Assembly (NCBI GenBank): GCA_043228905.1
Contig: JBHGNT010000002.1
Location: 24,862,001 to 24,926,000, forward strand
Direction: 5' to 3'
Length of the DNA: 64,000 nt
Origin: Azolla caroliniana
Lineage: Eukaryota > Plantae > Polypodiophyta
The translations under genes and the position numbers were made by a program. Below the pieces are notes generated by a model. That model did not search any database and was not told the origin of the DNA. It saw nothing but the letters and a program-made list of their open reading frames with translations. Below, piece by piece: positions 22,965 to 35,815 of this stretch; within the stretch, counting starts at the first letter, position 1; each line of letters opens with the position of its first letter.

Positions 22965-25453
22965 ATGGCCATCTTTATCTTCCCTTCCTCTCTTTCTTCT
23001 TCTTCCTCTTCTTTTTCTACTACTTCACTAGCATACGAAAGGCGTTGCCTGTTCTATCTTCATTTGAGCTACCATGGCTTCATCAATCATCTTAAGGTAC
23101 GAACCTTTCCGCGACCTCAGAAATTTCTATCTCCCCCGTTGCGATTTGTCGATGCAACTTTTTCTCTCTTATGTATATGGTGATACCAGCTTTTTCGGTT
23201 TGTTTGTGACGCAGATGGATCTGTCATTCCATAGAAAGCACAGTCTTTTTACGCTTCAGAATAGGTCCACAACGATGAGATCAAATATCGTAACCAAATC
23301 AAGCGGTGAAGAATATCTGCAGAATTCCATGGCTCCTTTCCAACCACGATCTGAGACTGGTCTTTTTTTGTCACAACTTCTTCACACAAATCCTGACCTA
23401 GTTCCTTCAGCTGTAGAACATGAACTCGAGAGATTGTCTGGAAATAGAAAAGCTGAATCTTGTCAAAGTAGTATTTCCTCTGCATCAGCATATGATAAGG
23501 ATCTGTACAGGTTAGTTTATTCTAAAACTGGAGTGGGGCCATAGAAAAATTGGATTTGGTTTCAGCATCCATGGAATTTGTTGTTTTTTATGATGTTATT
23601 ATGCTAAGCATGGACAGGAATCACGGAAACATAGTCTGAATATTATGAATTGAAATGAAAAACGTTATGCCAAAGATGGACTGAAATAATAATGAAAACT
23701 TGTCCAAGATTGACTGAAACCAAAGAAACCTAGCATGGACTGAAATCATTGAAACTTATGCAAAGCTTGTAGCCAATGCGATTATATTATTGTTTTTAAT
23801 ATACATATATAGAGTCTACTGATTTATCACTTAAATTAATGTACAATTTGTAGCCAGTATGGACACAGACTACAGTTTATGGAGCTAATACTTATTTCTC
23901 TGAAGCTATTATGCTAAACATGGATGAAACCAAAGAAAAGTAGAAACTTGCAGACAATGTGTTTGTGATATCCATTAAGCACTATGACGTTTTCTCATAA
24001 GTTATTATTCTAAACATGGATTAAGCCAAAGAAAAATGGAAACTTATAAGTAATGTGGTTCTGATATCCATGGAGCATTATTTCTTTCTCTCAGAAGTTA
24101 TTATGCGAAACATTGAAGGAAAGTGTATTTCTTCCCTAGGGTACTCACCCATGGAGCTTATAGCTGTTTGTTGAAGTTTCTACCATATATGTGAACTAAA
24201 ATCAAAGTGGAAAGTTGTAGGCAAATTGTGTCCCTTGTATATGTATTTGTGCTGTTATAATTCCAAATATAGACTGAAATCATAGGAAGTTTGGTAAAGT
24301 GGATTTCTTCCCTAGGGTACTCACCCATGGAGCTTATAGCTGTTTGTTGCAGTTTCTACCATATATGTGGACTAAAATCAAAGTGGAAAGTTGTAGGCAA
24401 ATTGTGTCCCTTGTATATGTATTTGTGCTGTTATAATTCCAAATATAGACCGAAATCATAGGAAGTTTGGTAATGTGGTTATATTTTAGTCCTTGGTATA
24501 ATTATCGTGAAGCGTATTGTTTTTTGTCTCTGAATGGATTATGTAAATTTGAAACACGGAAGCAATCTGTTTAGATTTTTTGTTTCTCGGATGCAACTTA
24601 TTTATTTTGTCTTTGAAGTAAATGAATGCCTGTAACGTTAGATAGAGAGATGGAGACAAATATTAATAATTTCCTTTTGTCTTCTAGGAGAATAGCTGAA
24701 TTCAAATCTCAAGAAAGGTTCAATGCCCTGGAAGAAATTCTATATATGCTTATCGTTCGGAAGTTCATTGATGCTCGATTAATAATGATATCTAATGTAA
24801 GAATTCTAAATTCAACCACTGTACCTTGGGATGTACAAGTCAAGGAACTTGAATCTATACACTCACTTGAAGTTTTGGAATTAATTCGAGAACATACACT
24901 GCTTGTGTTGGGTAAACGAGGGCTCAGTAAGTACTTTGGCAAGAGCATGTTTGCACATTTAAGCAAAATGTCATTGAAAGAAATTTATGCTTCATCTGTT
25001 ACGTATGGATATTTTTTGAGAAGATTGTATAACCGATTTCAGTTAGAGAAAGCCATAGAATTGTATCCTGACTCTGGTGATGCCTTTACAAAGGTTGGAT
25101 CTAGTGACATTGCAGCAGCCATGGCTGTTTTGAAAGATCTACAAGGATCTACTACCCAAATTCCAAATTCAACTCAAATGTTGACTAGTGAATTTCTAGC
25201 ATATATCACATCATTTGATGCTGAGACTTTGAGAGGATATACTATCATTAGATCAAAGGAGAGCCGAAGCGTTTCAGAGAAGCATACACGAGCTCTTTTT
25301 CAAGCTTTGGAAATTCGTGGGTCTTCAGATGAAGAGGATGTGTCTAAGATTAGCTTCTTAAAGTCAAAAGGGTTAGTGTTGGAAGCAGTGGCATTTGGCA
25401 GTTTTCTTTGGGATGTAGAAACATATGTAGATGGATTTTACAGCCTAACCTAG
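22965..25453 (+). CDS. DUF760 protein, UV-B-induced At3g17800-like, plastid-targeted. Exons 22965-23096, 23215-23510, 24688-25453
   Basis: Ser-rich transit-like N-terminus, then APFQPRSETGLFLSQLLHTNPDLVPSAVEHELERL, LYRRIAE..ALEEILYMLIVRKF, LESIHSLEVLELIREH, YASSVTYGYFLRR..RFQLEK and LVLEAVAFGSFLWDVETYVD. Splice phases are consistent. Confidence 0.88.
24121..24475 (+). repeat. Near-identical tandem duplication, period 176 bp, in DUF760 intron 2
   Basis: CTTCCCTAGGGTACTCACCC at 24131 and 24307, with only a few substitutions between copies. Confidence 0.93.
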
Positions 25454-26675
25454 ACCTGAAATCCCAAGTTGGAATTTATGATGTAGAAACATATTGTACA
25501 GAAATCTGTAAAATTGGAATGCAATAAACAATATTGCATGATGTACTAAAGAAAAATTGAGGGTAGTTTATGATGCACAGTTCATAATGTTAAAATGATT
25601 CCTTACATGATGTTCTGGTTTTGAGAATTATTTTCTTTGCATAAATATTTACTTGTCCATCTGGGTGGAAGTAACTGGCACAATGTAAATTCAATATAAG
25701 AACAATCCAAGGATAAAAAACGTCTATATGGTTTGCTTGCTAAGGCCACATAATCAAATTCTTGTATTTCACTTTGAAGTCTGTAGCTAGGATTGGTTCA
25801 ATATCTTTCTAAACTTCAACATTCTGTAGATTGTTTTATGTCTGTGCCCTTTTGTCCAGCCCATGTTCAATCCCCAAGTTTCACATGTCACATTAATTGT
25901 GCTTCAAGAAAGTGTGTATAAAGTTTGTGAATTCTAACAAGGAGTACACATCACAATGCAGGATACAGGATTATAAGAGTGTTAATCCACATAGGATTAG
26001 ATTAAAACCTTCACTAATTTAAAGAACCGTATACTCTAACCAGCAAGAGCAAGAAAATTTGGATGCCATTCTATACATCACAGTCCAAGATTCAGTTTGT
26101 TTGCAAAACTCAGCACTATTTGATGTCTAGGTCTGACAGAAAATTTGACCAAGAAAATCACTAAACCATTTTAGCACAAGTTGCCCACGGGTCCCAAAAT
26201 ATTTCCTCCAAAACGTACAGAATTCTGATAATTAACCAACAATAAATGGCCACTAATATCCAAGCACATTAGTTGCCAAAATTGGTTATCTGGATGAATT
26301 AATAAACACTTTTACACTTCCCATGCCATGTTTTCAAAGATCCATAATCCTTCATTGTGAAGTTCAACTCGAATCTTTCATTCCAACTGAAGCTAGTCTG
26401 CAACTATTACGTTATAGTGATAAAAGAAAAGGAGATGACTCAAAGAAGTCACTATATTCATCTGTACAATAAGGGCTCCATTACCAACCCACATAAAAGT
26501 TCCCTGTTTGGACGTATGCATTTGATGTAATCTGAATTGAACCAAAGACAATTCATTCCATCTATGGAATAGAATTGCAAGTATTTATAGAACTTCCAAT
26601 TAGCTTCTACCACAGCCTTGGTCACAGATAATGAGATTTCCATCCATATGGTGCCAGTACACAGATTTTTATTCT

Positions 26676-26965
26676 ACCACAAAGTCATATATGATCATTT
26701 ACATTTTGGATATTCATTAGTAATTGCCAAAAGCTGACATACTTATTCCTCAAGAAACAAGTGAGCACAATGCATATATTCTCTAATACGTTTAAGGTTA
26801 TGCAGCTTGTGCCAACCATACCAGAAAGTCATATATGATCATTTACATATTCAATATTCATTAGTAACTGTTGCCACAAGCTGACATACTTATTCCTCAA
26901 GAAACACGAGGGCAGAATGCATATATTCTCTATTACATTTAAGGTTATGCAGCTTGTGCCAACCA
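26676..26965 (+). repeat. Tandem duplication, period 144-147 bp
   Basis: AAAGTCATATATGATCATTTACAT at 26681 and 26825. Both copies end TTAAGGTTATGCAGCTTGTGCCAACCAT. Confidence 0.9.
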
Positions 26966-29661
26966 TGAAAATGAAAGATCAAGGAGGCATTGCAATTATG
27001 TACGAAGAAGAAGAACAAGACACAATCCTTATTTGCAAAAGAGACAAAGATTCATGCAGCAAATGCATACTGGGCTCAGTGGGTTGTAACATACCACATA
27101 GGGAGCAGTCTTTACATCATGCTTTTTGGTTCCTACGCCTACCGTTTTAGAGACCTATGTTTAGACATTGCTAAATATGTTAATGAAGAGAAATGTTGGT
27201 CACTTAAGACATGAATGCAAAGATTGGACATATGTACGCCAAAATTGGAGATTTCCCTGTAGAATCATATGATGTACATTCTTGAATAGAGATAGATATC
27301 AAATAGAAATGACATTCATGTGATTGCAGTATAAGTGAACATGGATCCACCATTAGGAGGAGTATGAACTCTATGCACCTGGCCACTCTTAATAGAATGG
27401 TAAACGTTTCCTACCTCGAACAATTTGGCATGCCATAGAGCAACGAAGGGAGCCAACATGATAGGCTACTACATAATACTAAATAGTCACACATGATGCC
27501 TTAGATCTTATACAAAAATTTGAAGTTGGGGATAGATCCCCAAACTTGGATTACAAGAGTGTGCTTTGTATTGATTGTTGGTCCCCCTGGGGGACTCATG
27601 ATGGCCTCTTGTGGATGTGGTCAATATATCATCATATTCATCATCATCTCACTCTCCCTGAAACAGAAAAAGTGAAATGAAATGTACCTTCTGAAACAAT
27701 GCCTTCCATATGCTACCATCATCTGTTACTAGCGGCATACGTGAATTCTTCATGGAGACATCACAAAGGCTTCTAAGGTCAAGGTTAACCTGCATATGTT
27801 ATGTTATCTCTGGAAAAATCTGTTCCATAACAGAACCTCCAGATTGTTTATGAAAGATGGAAGAAGAAGAAAACTATGCATCCTTCGTCTCAGAAATAAG
27901 GTTTGCATTGCAGCTCCTTCTTTCTGTTCCGTGAAAAATCTAAGACCAAATAGGGGCAGTACTACTGATACAGATATGGTGCATTGGACAGTCTTTGGAG
28001 TGAGCAAATCCTAATTTGGTCACGGAAAACAATAACATGTGTTAAAAATGCTAGACTTTCCTGTCTAGGTTTTTAGCTTGGAAACCATAATCTATCTTTA
28101 AAACCCTATTTCTGTAATCTATCTTGAAATCCTCCATTTTGTAATCTGGGTTATACCTCCTCTAATGTAGGGTTGGATTACCAAAAAAAAAACAAAGGGC
28201 GTTCATTATTCTTTATATCTGAATGCACAAAGAATAGATAACATTGACAGCCACCATACCATGGCTGATTGAGTTTTGCATGGAAATGTGGTATAAATTC
28301 ACACTATCTTTTTCTTGTTGATTTTTGTCCAAAGTAGTGAGTTCTGTTTTTATTGATCTGTTTGCGTAGTCTACTATTACATTTCTTGAAATTTGACGTT
28401 TTCATCTCGTGTAGCCAAGCCAAAGAAGACAAGGTTCAACGTTATAAGCCAATTGGAGAGATCAACTAAGTTCTCGGCATTCAATTTCTGTCTGCCCAGT
28501 CAAGAAGGTCACCGCCGCATATGTTTTCATAGAGTATATGTATTCATTGTCTCTTCCCGATGAAATCAAATCACATTGCTTTCTCTCTTAAACACATACA
28601 TATATGTAGTTCCACGAGTCTTTCGGTGGAAAAACTACGGGATTTCTCCTTTGCTAACCAAAGCATTTATTTACACTTGTATATGGTGCATCTTTTCAAT
28701 CACCGCTAGCTATGGCTCATTTCATCAAGAAGTCAACCTCTATATGGAGACATCTCAATTCACTTTGCAATTTGTAGTCATATGGAGACTTAAAGGAGTC
28801 TAACCTCGTCCAGTGTCAAGAAAACACACACACAAGTTTTTTATTACTTTCTATCATTATTTTATAATTCCAACACCTTCTCTTCCAATTCCACTTGTTG
28901 TGACCACTACCTTCCAGTTTCTCTCGGAAAAAGTTAAATCCTTGATTTTTTTTAGTATCAACTTTTGTCCCAATACAAGTTATTGTGTGTCCAGCTAAGC
29001 TAGTGTGCCCTAGGAGAGGCACTTTTTGTGAGAGTACATGCAACATATGGTTATAATCTCTATTAAAGAAACAATAGTTGCAAACTACTACTTGCAGTCG
29101 GTGACATTTTCCAATGGTAAATAAGACTATAATAACACAACATATTGAAGTTTTACAAAGCAAGAGACATCTACAATTGGAGACCACAAGAAATCGAAGC
29201 TATATTATCTGGCTGAGAAATGGTGCATGATGAAGGCCCATGAAAAGTTTTTTTTGTGGATTTCAACTTTATATAGAACATACAGTCTATGGATTTCCAT
29301 AGAAGAGGGGATGTTGAAACTTGAGGGTCGACATGGCTTACATATTGCGATAATAAAACATTTGATGAGATGATGATGACTCTAATGGTAATGATGATAT
29401 TGAAGTATTTCTTGACTAGAGGTAAGAAACACCCCACATGAAGATGAGGAGCAAAGAAACTTGCATATGATTTAAAGTGATGAGGATGATGAACAACAAT
29501 TCAAAATAACAAAGCATACGTTGATCTAATAAGCCAAATCATGAGTCGAGAATGACCTAATAACTAGACCAAATCATGAGGTGGGAATGACCTCATAATT
29601 AGGTTAGACATGGCGATCTGAGGTGTGATATATCATATAACATTTAAGATATATCTATCAT

Positions 29662-30228
29662 TCAGGTGGAGTCGAAGAAGAAGGCATGTACAGTGTGAGG
29701 GTTTATTATATTCACATGCTCCTCGCACATACCCTTATTATGTCCATCACATCTGTGATTGCTCGATATGTGAGTTTTCGCATCGTGATCGTTGAGGTGG
29801 TTGTTGTCGTGTTGACGGAATTCTCCATTAAATATCATGTAATTCTTCATTGCTTGGCTTGTACTCTTCACATAATCCATCATTGAACCCAACAACATGT
29901 TGGGGTTCTTCCTTAGAAGTGATGAATCTGAATTGTTAATTATATCATTATCATGAGGATGTGAGCCACCCACTACTCCTTGATGATGATGATGATGACC
30001 ATCATCCATCCTCACATGACGATGATGACTTTGGACATCATGATCATTATAGTCACAAATCTTCACGCTTCTCATAATTACCTCATTGCGGATATGATCG
30101 TGATCATTTACATCATTGCTAACCTTACGATGATGATGATGATGATGATGATGATGATACGCAGCACCCAATTCTGATCGTGGGCAATCGCAAGGATTGA
30201 AGGACGGAGGAAACACACCTTGACACAT
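29662..30228 (-). CDS. Uncharacterised His-rich protein (188 aa), N-terminal Met-Cys
   Basis: ATG-initiated 188-codon ORF in AT-rich DNA, about 31 His including H9 and H5 runs. A pyrimidine-rich leader and a TATA-like element lie upstream on the minus strand (~30240-30350). No family recognised. Confidence 0.5.
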   Translation of the reverse strand: MCQGVFPPSFNPCDCPRSELGAAYHHHHHHHHHRKVSNDVNDHDHIRNEVIMRSVKICDYNDHDVQSHHRHVRMDDGHHHHHQGVVGGSHPHDNDIINNSDSSLLRKNPNMLLGSMMDYVKSTSQAMKNYMIFNGEFRQHDNNHLNDHDAKTHISSNHRCDGHNKGMCEEHVNIINPHTVHAFFFDST

Positions 30229-33200
30229 GATGATATATTAATCGCTCAAGACAAAGAGAAGGGGCAGACAAAGAAGCGAGAGGCACACACTTAAAAGAGT
30301 AACAACAATAGCTTCAAAGCTGAACTGTGCTTATTATTTTGCTCATATATGTGTTGAGAGAGACTCGTGGGGTAAGGAATTGTTTTGGGGCCGTGGTTTT
30401 CCACACTTTTTCTCAAACCACGGCTTCTTCATGCTCCTTTCATAATTCATTCAAATTGGACACACAATTTATGATTCGGAATGTGTGTCTGATATTTACT
30501 TCTTTTTTTTATATTTCTATGGCCTTTTTGTCCTACTCCCTCCCCATGTATATGGCTACGCACTCGTGACCATTCCATCGAGCACGTGAATCAGACGCTA
30601 ACTTTGTCCGTTACTTACCCCCCTCCCTCCTGTTATCTCCACACTTCACTTGGCCCTCACTTACGTTATGTTACTTTCCCCGTATTAGAATGGTTTGATG
30701 TGCTAACTCACTCCGAGAGAATTTTGTCCTTTGGTTGAGTTTGTGTCCATCTTGTGCAATGCTAGTTGTTGTTTGTTCGGCCCTTTTGATTGAGTTACCA
30801 TCCATTCTAGTAGATAGTGATAGAAGTTTGATACATTAATGAAGCTTGAATTTAGTATCATTTTGATGCAACAACCCGCACTGCATTTCAATGAGAGTAA
30901 TTTCCAAACTACTAATGTGGAAGTTTATTGTTCCTTCCCAGCATCCACAAAGAAAGGAAATGGCCATTATTTTGCCTCTTTTCCTACAATAAAACATTGT
31001 CCCCCGAACATGAATGTTTTTCCGCTTAGGATTGAGCAAATGAATTCTAGCTTAACTGAACGTTCGTCCCGAACAAAGCTGGATTTGTTTTTACAGTATA
31101 TTGATACCCATGCAAGTCTTTCAATAGGGGCCATTTAGAGGCTTAAGTGCATGTTGTTTATTTGTATTGTCACTTGCTACTACACACAATGCCTCTAAGA
31201 ATACTACAGAGGTAGACCAAAACCACCTTTTATTTGACAAGTTCTCAAAACTATTTTCATTGACAATTAAGAGTACAACCCAAACATTTTGTCACTCTTC
31301 TATTCCATGGACTCCAATGTGTTAGAAGGTTAGGGATGTGTGGGGAAGATTAGTTGTGATGGCCATTGGTTGGTAATAATAATAGTCGTTCATACGTTTG
31401 CAACATACATATGTTGTATCAAGTGCCAACCCTTCACCGTTACTCTATTAACAAATAAATATAATAGATTGCTTATTATCTTGCATTGGAAACAAAAGAA
31501 TATAACTTCATTGTAACGGTTCATCCTAAAGTGTTGTAACTTGTATATTTAAAATATGTGATACGATACAATGGATAGGCTCCTTACCTTTATCCATAAA
31601 ATATGTATTTTTATCCGTGTTGCCAAAAATGGTGTTGAGTTGTCAACCCAAAAAACTTTTTTAAAAAAACTAAAATGTTAGGGATACCTTTATGATTCCC
31701 AATCTTAAACATTTTATCTTTCAAATGAAGACCACTTGAGGTCTATAATTGTAGCATCACCTCTCTTGTTACTATGTTTATCCCCACATTCATTAAACAA
31801 AAAAATATTTGAACTACAATGCTTTTGGTCAAGACAAGTGATTGTAATACAATTTGGTATCCTTTAAGGATACAAGGAAATGATGGATCGCTTCATTTTA
31901 ATAGAGTTGCATGAGAAGCATATCATTGTATTATATTTACGGGTATGACTTGGAATGATCATGAAAATATTCTCTCTCCTTATCCCGGCAACGTAGGAAG
32001 TCATTATAAAATGTATTCCCTTCAAGAGTTTACAAGTACATAATGCAAGCAAGAAGTGTGCCAAGAAATCTAGGAATTCTTGTGGCAAGTGAGCAGTGAG
32101 TGAGCTTCTTAGTTCAAGTGATAAGCATATGGACTCCATGCATCATGATATTAAATTGTCTTGTAATTGAAAGCATTAGCTTACTTAATTTTTAATTTTT
32201 AATTAATCCAAGTTCGAATGTTACATCTCTCTCATATATTCAACTAATTGATTTGTGTTAAAGTTTTTTACATTATCAAAATAAGAAAATTTAGGAAATC
32301 CATAAACCCTTGACATTCTAGAAAATAATTTGAAATCCACGAAATGAACGCAAGTTTTCATTATTTCCCCAAATTCTCACAATCGAACACACCCCATAAA
32401 CAATTTCCGCTTTCCTCTAAAAGTATGTTTTGTTTCGTTTTTAAAATTCCAAAATATGTTTTAGCGGCTCCTAATCACATGGAATGGAAATTTAATTGTG
32501 TCAATAAAATTGAATAGAACTTCCAATCGATTGGGGATATAGGTTTTTAGCACACAACAAATATATATGAACAATATTTTTGTAAGTGGCCGAGTAGAGT
32601 ATTCACGCTACCAACCATTGATTTGTTCCCATGAATATCTCAAAGCCTAGAATTTACTATGTAATATGTAGGTAATTGTCAAGTGAGAATTTAAATTTTC
32701 CAAGATGAAGCTTATCAATTGAATCAATCAAATGTTTATTGTCAATGTATATTTCATTATGTGTTTGGTGTGCTTATAAATAAGCCAACATATATTTTGT
32801 AATTTCCGTAACAAATAAGCACATATACGTATCATGGGGTCTATTGATAGTGGTATATTGGACACACTCTTCTTATGTACAAAAAATATGGTACTTTTCT
32901 CGTGACCTTTCAAGTGTTACTCTTCTTTTATATATAGTTGAAAATGATAGTAGGAGATTTTTTTATTGATAGAACGTGAGAAAAGAAAATTGGGATGTAA
33001 ATATAATATAATTTAGGGAAAAAGCGTGGGGGAAGGAAGGGGACGATAAAAGTTGCAAATTTCATAGTAAGTTATTGTGTGCAAAAAACTTTGCATTTTT
33101 TGTATAAGGTGGGCGACGGGTGTGAGAGTTGGCAATTGTGTGTTTGAGACATGGATGATGACATCCATCAAGTAGAATTAATGGCATGTGTAAGTTGAGG

Positions 33201-33841
33201 GCTCAAACCATGTGGGGCATATGGAATGCTGAACCCATGGGTTGAGGACACACAAACCATGTGGGGCATTTGGAGTGTTAAACCCATGAATCCAATAACA
33301 TATCCCTTGCTTGGAAAAAAAAACCAATGTGAATCCAATAAATGTAGGGTTTTGCTTAAAATCAGAAGACATAAAAGATATGGTGTTAGTCATCAAATTG
33401 AGGATATGGTCTTGTCTTTCTAATGAAAATGAGGAGCAAAAAAGACAAAGAGAATACATTCCAATATAATAGAATAGAAGAAAAATATGGAAAAGAGGAA
33501 ATTTGCCTAGGGACAAATAGGTCTATCGAGATCAAAGCACTTTGAGAAAGGAACCATGAAAATTCTTAGAACTTCCATGTGATGTGAAAGGGCCTAGGAC
33601 CAAGTCTCGAGCATCTAGAAATAAGAAAATGGCACGGAAACAAAATCTAGAGCACTTTGTAATGTGACAGGACAAAAGATCAAGTTTAGTGTATGAAAAC
33701 ATGTGGAAAGGCACATGATCAAGTTTGGAGGACCAAAGCATGTGAAAGGGCTGAACACCAAGAATGAAACATCTTGAAATAAGAAAGGAACCTAGATTGA
33801 TCTCAAGGTGCCTTCTAATGTGAAAGGGTCTAGAGTCTAAC

Positions 33842-34227
33842 TAGCAATCGGCAACGGTTCGGTTTGAACTGAACCAAACCGTGAAACTGCGGCTTAACGG
33901 TTTCAATGGTTCGGTTCAAATCCAACAATCCGAAACCGTGGTTTAATGGTTATTTATTTTAAATAAAATAAAAAAATTTTAAACAATCTTTTCATTTTTA
34001 GACCTTATTCTCACATTTTAGGAACATCTTAAATAATTAAAAAAATGAAACGTTATAAATTTAAAATTTAAATTTGACCTATGTTGAAAACAGAAACCGA
34101 ACCACAAAAAATGTTTAACGGTTTCGTGGTTCGGTTCAGGTTTCAAAAAATTTAAACGGTTCAGTTCCAAACCAGTTTGGTTTGGATCCTCTCAAACCAA
34201 ACCGAATCGAACTGATGCCGATTGTTA
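33842..34227. mobile_element. Non-autonomous hAT-type MITE (386 bp)
   Basis: TIRs TAGCAATCGGCA / TGCCGATTGTTA. Perfect 8-bp TSD AGTCTAAC at 33834-33841 and 34228-34235. Subterminal GGTTCGGTT/AACCG motifs and an AT-rich core. Confidence 0.9.
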
Positions 34228-35815
34228 AGTCTAACCTAAAGCATGGTGATCAATAAATGCATAAACCTAGTAGTTTGTGGGTAATGCCCAATGATTAGGG
34301 GAAAGAACTCCAATTGAAAGTATAAAGAGCTCCAACTGAAACGAAGGTGTGCATTTGGTGAAATCCACTTGGAGACGACACAAACCTACACTTTATGAAA
34401 GGTTGTTTTCATTTATAAATGTTCTATTATGAAGCTACGAGGAAAGGGCATAGTGTCATATGAATTCAGGGAATAGACTTTGGGAACTTGTTTCGACAAG
34501 TTAATCTCATGACAGAGGAATTTCTTGTGGTAGATTTCGAAATACGAAAAGTTGTCCTTTTTTTGAGATTCACAAGGAGAAAGAAAGAAAGAAAGAAATA
34601 TTAACATCTTTTAAGAGGCCAAAATGGCCTATAAGACCAAATAAGAGATTACATCTTAAGTGGAGAGAGTATTATTTATTCATGCAAGGGGGAACACATG
34701 TAGAGATTCATAACGACAAAACAAGGGTTCATCTTGAATCAATGAAGCCGACATGAGATGTCCTCTTTATCGTTCGAGGAAATTAAATGTGGGTTTCAAC
34801 TTGGATTGTTATTGCTCCGTGTCGGGATTTGTATTCCTTCATTGGGAATCATGTCTTTCCTTCATCCCTTTGTCATAGTTCTAGTTCTTCTTTTGTTTTT
34901 CACATGACATGAGTCATGACCTACCTCTTCATAAAGAGTTCTGGTGTTGAGTCTTCTGGGGGTTTCAGTTTGCAATTGCTTGATATATCTATAATCTGTC
35001 TATTACAACTTCCACAGATGCATCAGTGGAATGGATGTCTATTTGTTCCACCCCACAGGGTATAGTTTTTTCACAAGAATATATATTATTCAGAGCCAGC
35101 ATGGCATAATTTGTTCATCGTCTTCCAATGAGAACATCATAAGTTGTATATCAACGGGGATTTTTGTGAGACTAGCATGAAAGAGCGCGTGTACCAACAG
35201 TCAAGTGGCCATGAGTATTGCCTTCTTTATTTTGGCTTTGTAGAACTGTTAAATAAATTCTTGATTTTGTCATGGAGTGTCCCTCTTAGTGTTTGGCAAA
35301 CTACATTGCATGTAGTAGAAATGGTCAAGAAAAGAAGACCATTTTTGACAAGAGATGCAAGCTCCATGGGGATGGGAAGGTCAATGTTACTCATGTGTTC
35401 TCCTCTGTTTCAAGAGCACCATGTAAAGGCAAAGCGTGAGACTTGAAAATGCCTTGGTAAAGGCGAAATCAGCAGGCAATCCTGCTGATCAGGATTTGAG
35501 CAGGTATGACGTTTTGCATCTACAAAGACACCCGCCATAGTAAAGCCATTATCATCCTTGTTTTATCTACTCTCTTTAGTTCATATGTTGGAGAATATTG
35601 GAATTTTATTGGAACTTGTGTGATGCTTGGTTGTGCATTCCTGATGTTAACTCAATGTTTAGTGTTTATGGTAATTGAAAAGAAATTGTTGGCATATGCA
35701 CTTGGGTTCAGACTTCCTCCATTGTGCTCATTCAAGATTTATGACTTTCATTTGTTCGTAACTTCTATTGTTCTTAGCTGATAGATAACAAAGCATCCGA
35801 TAATTTTTAACCATT

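Noticed and set aside
27440-27460. GAAGGGAGCC resembling the miR159/319 3' end
   Set aside because: Match too short, and no complementary arm or hairpin seen.
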